Below, piece by piece: positions 1 through 10,785 of a stretch of 35,113 nt of DNA. Within the stretch, counting starts at the first letter, position 1, and every line of letters begins with the position of its first letter. Source of the DNA: Bigelowiella natans CCMP2755 (taxonomy: Eukaryota; Protista; Cercozoa); assembly GCA_000320545.1 (NCBI GenBank), contig ADNK01001968.1, positions 1 through 35,113 of the forward strand, in the 5' to 3' direction. The translations under genes and the position numbers were made by a program. The notes beneath the pieces were generated by a model. The model was not told the origin of the DNA and searched no databases. It saw only the letters and a program-made list of their open reading frames with translations.

Positions 1-128
1 AGGGGGATAGGACAACAAAGATGATGTTTATGGTGATGTGGAGGGCCAAAGGGCGAATGAAGCATGATTATCTTGCACGGTGAATAGTCACTTAGATCTT
101 TTCCAGTGCCCCCGCGCGCGCACACACC

Positions 129-168
<40 letters not shown>

Positions 169-644
169 AACAGAAATCGGGAATATTTTATCGATGTTCT
201 CTCTATAGATTGAAAAAGTAGTAAAAGCGCTGGTACGGCAACATGACAATATCTCCACCACGAAGAATGAACAAACCTGCAGAAAACAGACCACTTCAAA
301 CCGAACGCATACGTTAGCCTTGTCGCTACCTGTATTAAACCGGGGGGGGGGGGGAGGGGGGGACAAAAATCCGATGCATAAACGCATAAACGCACTCACA
401 CTCTCCCATAATGTGTTATCGATTGCCGGAGAAGTTATTCGTACCCCCTCCCCCTCATCATGATCCTCGGGATATTATCATCATCACCATGATCGTCATC
501 GTCATCATCATGATTCAACAGGGAGATATGGCACCATAATACCGTAAGGGCTGTCAGTGAGTAGGAGAGAAACAGAAGCCCCGTGCTTAGACCCCCTGAG
601 TAATAATAAGACAACGGCAATTTGCAAGTTTTAAAGATCATGCA

Positions 645-2577
645 GGTGGAGCAAATAGCTGTTGGAAGGTAAACCCCCAGCAGTAGCCGAATTCAGGGGG
701 AAACACAGTTCTGTGCATTTCGCGTTTCAAACGTCGACCAACCGCCATCGTACCGAGTTTGCCCCCGAGGCAACAGGAAGCGATCGATATGCAGGCTGTC
801 GCGCAGCCTGATTATATTCCGAAAAAACGATCACACAAATGGATTTCGATAATGTGCGTTCGATAAAATCGATGCACGGATGCACAACCATCACCCCCCT
901 CCCTGATATGATTCTAGATCATTCAATTTTTGAGTCAGTTGCGATTCGCTGCGGCGTGGGGAAATGGCATATAACGTCAACATCCACGCGCACGGATACT
1001 CGTGCCCTCCCATTCGCTCTCTAGAGATTAACCGTGAGTTGTAGAAAGGCAAACGCTAAACGTGATCCAGACTTGCAGGAGCCTTCTCCTCTCTTGATAC
1101 CTTCATCAAACATCATCTTTGAGAGCAACATACTACTGCAGATTCCCCCCACCCTGTCACTTCTATCTAAATATCTCGAGTCGTGTAATCCATTACAATC
1201 TTAATCGATCCACAACCATAGTAGAGGCTCGGGTTCTGGTCCTGGCTGCTCGTCCCGTTCGGAGGAAGTATCCAAGAGAGATCCGGTCGCCGCCATCGAT
1301 CGCCGACCGAGAACGGCGAGTGAGGCAAAAACGCCCTCTACTTCGTACCGAATTCCCTTCCATTTTTAAGTCGCAGAAATATTTACGACGCGCGGGAAAA
1401 AGGGCGCTCGGAATCTTGTCGCAGAATAAAAATCACGGTAGATAGATCTACTAGTTCTCCCAGCGAGCGTGAAGCACAGGAATTAGAGTGTTTTTATACC
1501 TACGACAATTTAATTTTAACAGTCGCAGTAAAAAAATTAAGGATGTTTCCCCGTAGTCAGGTTCCAGACTAACGGGCAAGGGCTTGCTTGCCCCCCCGAC
1601 AGATCTTCATGTCCGGCAGTAACTCCACAGCCTCCGGCCTGGATGACAAAGACATGTACGAAAATCGATGATTTTAACAGTGGGATGAGAGGGATGGCAT
1701 GTGAATCTCAAATGGGAATCTTAGCTAATCCGTGCTCTCTTGGAATATCAGAGACATTCTCCTCGTATCTGGAGCAAGCCAGAGCGAAATCAGCACCTTC
1801 TTCCTGGTTCATATTAGTTAGGGGAGGGGGACGGGCATTGATGTTACATCTTTTGTTTCATCGTTTGCGTGTGGTTGTTTGGGGAGGCGGGGTGGGGGGG
1901 TGGTTTAGCTCATGTGCTCATATCTGTTCATATCAGTCTCTGATGATCGCTGCGTTGGTCCTAAGCATTCCCTGCTTATTCGCTCACTTCCGAGAGTTTT
2001 TGTAAGGCGACTTTTTCCCTTTTTCTCTAGCCGATGGACTACTAGCTCAAACTAGGATGTTCTCCATCCACGAACACACGCACGCACAACTTTCCATACT
2101 CTCAATGGAGGAGATCTTCGATGGGAAGATATTTTTGACACGTCTTGTGCATATTCCTACATGAAGGACGAGTACAGTTGCGTACATCTATCATATTCTT
2201 ACATTTGAAAAAAATGATGTGGCCATATCAATAATGTGAGTATGCGTGCGTGTGTGTACTTTCGCGATTATGTTACAGAATGCGGAGGAAATTCCTCAGA
2301 AGACCCGGAAATTCCAGAGGCCGAAGCATTCTTAAGCTGAAAGTAGATATATTTTTCGGTAGCCTGTCGAAACGGTTTTATTTAATGTGAATATATTCCC
2401 CCTCCTCTCCTCTACCCTACACTAAGATTGACATCTTGCTCTACAATGGAGGCTACCTCGCATCGACGGTTATAATGATGCCGCTTTACAAGTACGCACA
2501 TGATGACGATGATACTGACAACAACAACAATAATGATGTGGCCCGAAAAAATGAAGAGTTTTGAAGTTTTGTGCGTG

Positions 2578-2610
<33 letters not shown>

Positions 2611-4162
2611 CCCTCGATGCTTTAGCAGGATACACACAACCTGTGGTTTTCGAACCATCCACCCTGCCCCTGATGTTAAATTACAATGCTGGCATATAAA
2701 CAGCCCGTTTCTCTCTGCGTGTATCCATCATGGAGCGCCCCCTCTTCAACTTTGTCGTTTAAATATTTAAGAGAGATATTCTTATTGTGGGTTGTAACGC
2801 CTAGGTCTGGGTCGTGCAGGGCATGGTACACGTTGTTTAACGTCTACTATATCCTCAATTCTTGCCAGCTTTATCGCCTTCTCTACCAAAAGGTGCTTGC
2901 AGCAGTGCTAACCCTTCGATTTATTGCGATGAGAAAACAGCTCGATTTTTTGTCTTCAATTGCATAAATCTCCCGTGTTATCGAAGTAGCATTTGTCGTA
3001 ATCTTCCACGATCTTCTCTTTTTCCATTGGTGGTGGTGGTGGTGATGATGGCGACGACGATATGTCGCTAGGTGTTTAGGATCCCCACGATTCAAAAGTC
3101 GGGGGGTGGTGGTTGTGCACCGCACTCGCCAAAACATAACGACTAATAACTGTGTGTATTATGATCTTATGATGACGACACAAGGCATCGGTCGTAGTGA
3201 AGGCTGTTACTAAAAAGAAACGCTACACAAGGACTGTTTACTGGGCTATTCATGGTAATAATCACATATATGGGTGCGGAGGGGGAAGGGGGGGTTGAGG
3301 GAGAGAGAAATTGGAAGGAGAGGATGATACGAGGATATACACACCACGTGAGTGTGTGTTTCGTTTGCGTTTCATTCTTGTTGTCGTAGTGCAGATAATG
3401 GTACCTCCAAGAGAATAAAGACCACAGCATTGCTACCTGACGCACAAACCACTATAATAAGCCCCCCCCCCCCCCCTCCCCCAGGCGTGCACTTTCCGAC
3501 ATCGATGGTCTTATCGCTCGTCTCCGCTCTCAGCCCGTACGAAGACGTTCTCATAAGGGTGGGTTTTACCGCTGTCATCATCCATTGTTGTTTGTGTTGT
3601 TTGCAAAGAGAATGAGGATCGACGGTTGGGGGGGGAAATATGAGGAAGAGGAGGAGGAGGAGGAGGAGGAGGAGGACATATGCCTGTTCTCTTTGTTTGT
3701 CCATTCATGTGCGCCGGCAGGAGAGACTGCTCTCTCAATGATGATGATGATGAAAAACGCAATGGCTTGTTCTGGTGCGGGCGCTCTTTCCCCCTTCCGA
3801 TTTCGCTGAATCATCTTTTCTCACGTTCTAAGGGAGAGAATTTCTGCCTCTCGAAAAGCCCCCTATGGATGTGGTGAGATTGACCGCTGAAGCTAACGTG
3901 CTAGTATGTATGTGGCGTGTGCGCGCATAATTGTGTTGTGGTTGACGTCGTTGCGCTTGCGGCGTGTTTCAGGCTCACGATGCTCTCGATGTCCGCATTC
4001 ATTAGTATGCTCTGCTGGGGCTTGTTCATCCTACCCCTGGTCAGGAACTTTTCTTTTCTTTTATTTATTTAGTTGTTTTTCTATGGAGGAGGAGGGGGAA
4101 GGGGAGGAGGGGATGTAGTTACAAAATGATGATGAAGCAGCAACCATTCTCATCTTCTTCTC

Positions 4163-4221
<59 letters not shown>

Positions 4222-4566
4222 TTCGTGCACTTGCCGTCGCTCTCACCATCTACGTTTCATATGGACAAATCACGGGCCTCAATCACCACCAACCCCCCAG
4301 CTCTTTCACAACTCTGAGTCTAGAACTAAGCGAAGAGGTAATGCGTTTGCTTCTTCGTGCTATTATTATTTCCTCTATCCACCCATCCACCCATCCACTG
4401 AAGACTAACAGGCGGTTGGTGTGTGTGTGTGCTCGGTCCCCAACTACCAGGCGCTGTTGAAACCAGAAATAGCGTGGCTTCGGAGAGGAAGATGTGGAAG
4501 CTTATCCGTAGGAAGATCATGGTCGAAGACGATTTATAAACACATATTTACACATATATATTAAAT

Positions 4567-4601
<35 letters not shown>

Positions 4602-4986
4602 AGGGATATATGTCGCAGTAGTGACAAGCAGTACAGTGAGAGGACATGAAGCGTGGGAGGAAAGCTGATGATAATAGAGGCGTTGGCGCGGGTGTGTTTC
4701 CGTGATGCCTCTCCCTGGCCTTTCATCCTCTTCCTCCTTCATCTTTTTCTCCTATCATCCATGATGCTTACTAAGATGCAAAAAGTAATGAGGGCTGATG
4801 ATAATGATGATGATGATGGTAGTGGTGGTAGTGGTGGTGGTGGTGTGCCAACTGCTTCTTTATTATCGTCTGTTTGTTTAGTGTGCGTCCATTGCCATCC
4901 TATCGACGTTCGTCTTCCTGCTCTACACGTCTCTCATCTCCAAAGAGTAAATACAAGCGAGAAGAGACGCAAATACCCATAGAATG
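645..4986 (+). CDS. Unidentified multi-exon protein-coding gene (may begin before the window; boundaries approximate)
   Basis: Short AG...GT-bounded non-repetitive segments lie between microsatellite-filled introns. Several join in one phase-consistent frame: ~1224-1325, 1561-1610, 1725-1806 and 1937-1995 give RLGFWSWLLVPFGGSIQERSGSRLTGKGLLAPPTDLHLIRALLEYQRHSPRIWSKPERNQHLLPVSDDRCVGPKHSLLIRSLPR, and ~2279-2342 plus 2427-2468 give MRRKFLRRPGNSRGRSILKLKIDILLYNGGYLAST. A possible last exon SKYKREETQIPIE* ends near 4986. No family recognised, and the frame is ambiguous for several exons. Confidence 0.45.
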
Positions 4987-5096
4987 ATGATTACTACTAA
5001 TAATATCATGATTGATGATAATGATGGTGGTGTGATGACAGCAGCATACTACAACCTTAAACCTAACTGCCTCATTGAAGAGAAAAAGAGAGTTGA

Positions 5097-5147
<51 letters not shown>

Positions 5148-5180
5148 GACACTGCGACAGGATGTGGCACTCGTCGCACA

Positions 5181-5244
5181 GTAGTATTTCGATGTTACAA
5201 CTTTACTCGATTGTAGTATTTCGATGTTTCAACTTTACTCGATT
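5181..5244. repeat. 32-bp tandem duplication (2 copies, 1 mismatch)
   Basis: gtagtatttcgatgttacaactttactcgatt (5181-5212) is followed directly by gtagtatttcgatgtttcaactttactcgatt (5213-5244). Confidence 0.9.
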
Positions 5245-5574
5245 GCTCGCCTGTGGCTCTGAACGGAATGTTGTTTGTGAGTGTGAGGAGGGAAGGAGGA
5301 GGAGCGGATGACAGAATCACTATAGATCAACGACAAGAATTATAACAACACACATTATTACCACCACGTCACTCTATCACCGTAGATGCCGCCTCCTCGC
5401 ACTTATGTTATTCGAACGAAACGCATGACGTTGCTTTGGCACTAAGTTGTTGTTGTTGTTCTTCTTGTTGCTATATGAAATAATGCAGGCATGGAATTCT
5501 AGTGTGCGAGGTTACAACTAGCTTTGGTAGGAGTACCACACACACAGCAGCAGCACCCACAGCCTTTTAGACCA

Positions 5575-5673
5575 ATGATGATGATGATGACGATGATGAT
5601 AATGAAGATGATGATGACGATGGTGATGATGATGACGATGATGATGATAATGATGATGATTATGATGATGATG
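5575..5673. repeat. Degenerate (ATG/GAT)n trinucleotide microsatellite, representative of dozens of SSRs in the window
   Basis: About 33 imperfect ATG units. Similar tracts: (CA)n ~134-166, (GTA)n 2578-2609, (CT)n 4168-4220, (GA)n ~5104-5143 and 6361-6400, (TA)n 8232-8263 and 26997-27042, (GGA)n 24688-24720. Confidence 0.9.
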
Positions 5674-5674
5674 A

Positions 5675-6315
5675 AGAACGCAAACCATCAACGAGCTTTT
5701 GACGGTCTGCTTTGACGATCTGCTTCTCACCAAATCTCGTACCGATATTTTCCACTCCCCCCCTCCCTCCCGCTGATATATTGTACATTATCGGTACTGC
5801 TAAGGCACCCTTGACTTGTTACTGAACTTCATTGCGATCAACGCCTCCTGGCCGGCGACTTACTACATCGATCATCTGAGGTATTATTATTACTTCGTGC
5901 TCTTTCTTATTTTAAATATTGCCTAATAGCGGTAGTGGCACTGCTTTGAGAGAGATGGTGTGCGCCGTGCCGGTCAATCATAGTAGTAGTCAACAACATC
6001 GAAATAAATAAAAGTTAGAAATAATAATAATAATAATAATAAAGATACCGATATGAGCTAGATTTCCGTTTTTCACCTATCCACTCCTCCTCCTTCTCCC
6101 CCTTCTCCTCTCCTATTCCTATTTACTGCTACGAAACTCTCACCATCCCACCTGCTTCCCCCAGGTGTGGGGAGTTGAGATCTCGCGCGGCTTCGAGGGC
6201 AGGCAGCCATCACGGTCGCCGCGACGAGCGGAGGAGCAACCGCGCTGTCGTTCGGCAAAGCCGAGATCCCAAACCTGCCGCTCTCCGGTATGATGATGGT
6301 GATGATGATGGTGAA

Positions 6316-6346
<31 letters not shown>

Positions 6347-6353
6347 CCCACAC

Positions 6354-6406
<53 letters not shown>

Positions 6407-7060
6407 CATGCTACGTGCCGACGGTGCTTTGCTGTGCTGTGCTGTGGCGGTCAATAAATCACGTTAGACAACTAAATAGCAGTAGTAAGTAGTTGGAGTA
6501 GTAGTAGAAGAAAAAATGGCCCACACCAAATAGAGGAGGAATTTAGTTTTCCCGTGCTTGTTGTCGTCCACTGAATATGGTCTTGCGGCAATTACGTGGC
6601 ATGCGCCCCCACCCTCCCCCCTTCCCGGAGGACGCATGACCGGACAGATGATTTTTAATACCTTGCTGCTTCTACTGCTGCTGCTGCTGCTTTGGAACAA
6701 ACCATGCCGTTGGGTTGTAAGCCCTCTCAACAACGGCAAAATAACTTTGAAAGATGGTGAGGGGAAATACATTGCGTTATTTCTTACACTTCTTCCTCTT
6801 CCAAAGGTTGGAGAGCGGGCTAGTGTCGCAACCAAAGAGCATGTTCAGACTGAAGTCGAATTGTAGCCATAACAACAGCTCGTTTCTGCAGCCAGGTCTC
6901 ACTCATAGATTTCTTACTGAGAACAGAAACATGATGTAGCTTTGGAGGGGGGAATCTGTATTATGACGCTTCGATGATGATCGCGCCTTTTTTTGTGGTT
7001 CAAAAGAGACGGGACTCATAGCGGCCCCGGAACGGAGAGAAACAGCTGGTGCCTCCATGA
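5675..7060 (-). CDS. Possible multi-exon gene of unknown function
   Basis: Exon-like AG...GT-bounded segments on the minus strand between SSR tracts, at ~6830-6915 (KKSMSETWLQKRAVVMATIRLQSEHAL), ~6530-6582, ~6143-6275, ~5810-5860 and ~5680-5735 (FGEKQIVKADRQKLVDGLR). Possible start MEAPAVSLRSG near 7058. No fully consistent model could be built. Confidence 0.3.
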
Positions 7061-8093
7061 TCGATGGCAAATCGTCGTCGCCGGTTTTGACAAATAAATC
7101 TCAATCTCCCTCACTTCCACCCGTCAACGAGAAGAAAATTAATTCGTTGTCCAAGGTCGTTCATATTGCATTGTAGAGTGTGCTTCATGGCACTCCGTCT
7201 TTACGAAAGTCGTCTCATTGGCATGAAATCGTCGACTAGATTATAGAGGAACCTCTAAAATTGAGTACAGCATGTTTGAGCCTTTGTTGCGCGCGCTCTA
7301 CGTTGTGGTCAGCCAAGTAGCCGTGCTCATATATACTCACGTACAAGCATTTGCGACATGCTGGCTACCATCATTGCGGCTGATTCGTTCTGTACGTAGC
7401 GATTACATTGGGATTTCCACTCAATGAGCGCATCGATCCATGCCCGAAAATGAAATGAATGATGTCGCAATTGGCAAAATATGTGTGCCGTGCTAGCATG
7501 CTAGCATGGCTGCAACGTAGTTGAGTAGGATTTATTTCAACTATGCGGCTCGTTATGTGCGCATCATGCAATGTAGGTAGCTCATATCCACACATAATGC
7601 AATGCTTAGCCTACTTTTTCTAATTTTTTGTTGCATTCGATCACATAGCCACACATAGCTTTCTAGCTTTGCATAGCTACATTTGAATGGCAAGTGGAAA
7701 CAAGGACATCATTTGTTCCATCCGTCTCACATGTGCGTGCGCAATGTGCATATGCTAGTAGCTAATTAGCAAGCATATGTAATAGTGATAAAAAGTGAGG
7801 TACATCAGTCATGTGTGCATCAGGCTACTCGAATCAGCTACTGCATATCAACCAGATATCGTCAAGCAGACGCTCTAAGTAGCTGCTGATACGATGACGC
7901 GCAACATGCACATGCAGTAGCGTGTGGATAATGATGCATGTTTTCTCATCGTGCACCACTGATGTCCTATATCTGCTTCTCGGATGGCTAGATGGATGTG
8001 CCGAGGAGATGAGTATTTATGTAAATCGCACGCGCGCATGCAGATTTCATCATCCTTTTTTTTTTAATTAGCATGCGTTTACACTCCGTTTCA

Positions 8094-8229
8094 TCATCGC
8101 TTCTCGAGGAGCTTCTTATTTTTTAAATATCTGAGGACTTTTTTGTGCTGAGGGGTTCCGACGGGATGATCGAGCACCATTCCGCACGCCTGCATGAAAG
8201 CGTATAGAATCGTAGGACCTGATTCAATA

Positions 8230-8267
<38 letters not shown>

Positions 8268-9452
8268 CTATAAATTTGCAATGCATGATGCTTTGACGTC
8301 CTGCTAATTTATGCGAGAAACACATCTAGAGTTGGGTTGATTTCTCTCAAAAGTTGACGGCGCGTAAACGCTTCGCAGAAGTTTTTACCGACAAATGAAA
8401 ACCCTCGTTTCTTGAGAGCTTTGCTCATTTCCTCTGCTTCTGCAGTTTTGACTGGCACTTCCTGAAAGCTTCCCCAGTGATTGACCATTGGGCGTCCGCC
8501 AACGAATGACCATAAGTACTTCGAGAGCGATCTTCGGGAGCAGCACAATCATTGATTCAGGCGCAGATAAGGACGTGTGATGGAGTGCGTCATCGTCGAT
8601 TCGCCGATGGAGCACTCCACAACGCAAATGCGGACAGGAGCAACGACGTGATGTAGTTTGGTGGAAACTAAATGACTTACCCATGCTCCTCGATGATCTT
8701 CAAGGACCCTCTTGCATTCTTCACGGCAGCCTTGATTTTTAACTTGTTCCGAACAATCGATGGATCGTTCAAAAGGGCAAGTTCGTCCTCCGGTGTCATT
8801 GCTGCGCATGAGATGTACAGTGCTCGAGCTCATTGCAACACGCTAGCAAAAGGAAAGAAGGGACATACCAGCAACTTTCTTTATCTCGAAATTGTGAAAA
8901 GCTTTCTGATATCCCTGCCTTTTCTTCAGGATCTTTTGCAGTAATAATTAATCGTCAGTAGTACTCAGCAGCTTTTATTATCTTGCATCATCATCACTTA
9001 AACAAAAACAACACATTACCGTAGCCCAGCTTAGCCCGGCTTGTGCTCCTTCAAGAATGAGCATTTCGAACAGGCGTTGGTCATCAAATTCAGGGTATCC
9101 CCATTCGTTTTCCTGTTAATGGTGAAGTTATTCTAGGGGCTACTCACACAGTGGTGAAATCGAGATGTGCAACTACCATGTAGTTCTGGTAAACCCCGTC
9201 CTGTTCAGGAACGAACTTCCGGTACCACGGTGATTCTGCTTCAGCGGCATTGTGTAGATTGTCTGATTGATCCTTGGAGACCATCTCCCCCTTTCTTCGT
9301 TTCGGGATTCGCGCTGTTCCCTGCCGCCTTGTGGCGTTGAATTTAGCACTTTCAATCTCTTGTCGGTTGGGACGCTTTCTGCCTTTTGGACCGCAAGAAG
9401 TAGCTGTCTTCATGGCTCGTGCAATCAGCCGTGTAGAGGAGCGCGTGCGCAT
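8094..9452 (-). CDS. tag: DNA-3-methyladenine glycosylase I (Tag family), 6 exons
   Basis: Exons 9452-9177, 9112-9020, 8932-8869, 8801-8681, 8531-8389 and 8218-8094, all with GT-AG introns and consistent phase. Translation contains the Tag signatures ENEWGYPEFDDQRLFEMLILEGAQAGLSWATILKKR, IVRNKLKIKAAVKNA, and MSKALKKRGFSFVGPTILYAFMQACGMVLDH. The N-terminal extension is basic (KGRKRP, PKRRK), possibly an NLS. Confidence 0.93.
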
Positions 9453-9888
9453 GATTGTTTCGTCACTTACCCGAGAATTCCTACCCAGCAGCGCTCGATT
9501 GGTTGGCCAAACAGGTTGATGAGGTGCTGTCGTAGTAGCAATGTAGGTGGTGGTGGTGGTGGTGGTGGCGCAGGAGCAGAAGCTACAAACAAGCAACAAG
9601 ACACCGAGAATCCAGGTAGTAGACGGAAGCCGAGCGGGGCAGAAGGGCGGCTGCGCAGGTGGTGGACGAATCAGCTTGGAAGGAAGGAGGGCAGGGGTTT
9701 CGGAACTGAAGAGTAGACGCCAACGCGACCAGCATTTAAAAAGAAATTATGGCCTAATTAGACAGCAAAACACTGTCGTTTTGCACCTACGACAACACAA
9801 ATGAACTGCTTTTTTTGTCACTGGATGCATTCGCCGCAGGAAGAGTGACCGTGAAGATCTTCACACGTGACTTGAAAACAGAATCATG

Positions 9889-10316
9889 GATGAAGCGGAG
9901 TGAATCTTTTGACGCGAAAAGGAAGCTAGACGATGATGAAAGAATCTCTAGCAGGAGAAGTTCGAAAGCACAGGTACTTATCCTACGAGGCTTGCGTTCG
10001 GGAGCTCAAGCTTTGATGTGTTCTCAGCGTTCTGAGGCATCTGAGGTGTGGGGAAATCAGATGGACTGTTAGCAAACAAATCGAGAAATTGGGGGATGAA
10101 AGAAAAGCTTTGAGCATCGCTTGGACAACGGAGAAGAACAAGGATGAGAAAGAGGCGCTCAAGGGTGCCATTGACAAATTGGACGAGGAAATCAACGTGT
10201 TCCATTTCGAGAGAACTTCCTCTCAACAGCCTTGCAAAGACGACAGTGACGGGCAACAGTGCGATGATTTTCTGCTGTGTCATTTTCATGACATGTTGCA
10301 TGTCCATCATTTTTGA
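9889..10316 (+). other. Possible short coding or pseudogene fragment (charged, coiled-coil-like)
   Basis: KQIEKLGDERKALSIAWTTEKNKDEKEALKGAIDKLDEEINV (~10072-10200) reads as protein-like and follows a TTAG acceptor. No family recognised. Confidence 0.25.
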
Positions 10317-10408
10317 CAAAGATTGTTTTCACAAAAGACATGTGATGTGCCCATGATTTTCATCAGTGTGGCAGTGCGCGCTGCAGGACTGAGCACATGC
10401 CCTTTGTT

Positions 10409-10734
10409 TGTTGCGCGTAAGGTGTTCACAGGCCGAGGCGCTACGTGCACAAGTAGGCAGGGGGGGGGAAAGGCACGTTTGCTTCCTTTTGAAGAGTTGT
10501 GTTTATTTTTATTAAAGATTATATTTTTATTAAATCGTGCACTGCGTAATCATTCGCGAAGCTTTCGCGAATGCCGCCGCACGTGGGGCAGCACACTTCC
10601 GGTGTGCTGCCATGAGTCCCGCCGGAACCCACGTGCCTATGCTGTATTAATATCTACGTTATCTATATTCTATATCCGCGACAACCCCTTTGTTGTCGCA
10701 CGTGACTTGTGCCCGCGTAGTGGTACGCGCTACA
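10409..10734 (-). repeat. 3' LTR (326 bp)
   Basis: Identical by eye to 15799-16124. Termini are 11-bp imperfect inverted repeats, TGT(T/A)GCGCGTA. Confidence 0.96.
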
Positions 10735-10742
10735 CCTCCCCC
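10735..10742 (-). promoter_or_regulatory. Polypurine tract (PPT)
   Basis: GGGGGAGG on the element strand abuts the 3' LTR. A second purine-rich run (GGGAATAAGGAAGGAAGGAAGGAG) lies at 10754-10777. Confidence 0.8.
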
Positions 10743-10785
10743 AAGTCACGTTGCTCCTTCCTTCCTTCCTTATTCCCTTAGACCT

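Noticed and set aside
3070-3875. Wax-ester synthase/DGAT-like snippets (SPRFKS, PLW) in the first gene
   Set aside because: The snippets do not join in a stop-free frame across predicted junctions, and no HHxxxDG motif was found.
5181-5244. 32-bp direct repeat resembling a CRISPR repeat in length
   Set aside because: Only two abutting copies with no spacer, no cas genes and a eukaryotic context.
5518-6492. Poly-His, poly-Met, poly-Ile and poly-Asp ORFs (and similar ones throughout the window)
   Set aside because: They are translations of trinucleotide microsatellites in introns or intergenic DNA.
10323-10781. ORFs 10323-10781 and 15782-16192 sharing a long identical peptide, suggesting a duplicated gene
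   Set aside because: The shared part is exactly the LTR read antisense. The non-LTR ends differ, so these are incidental frames.
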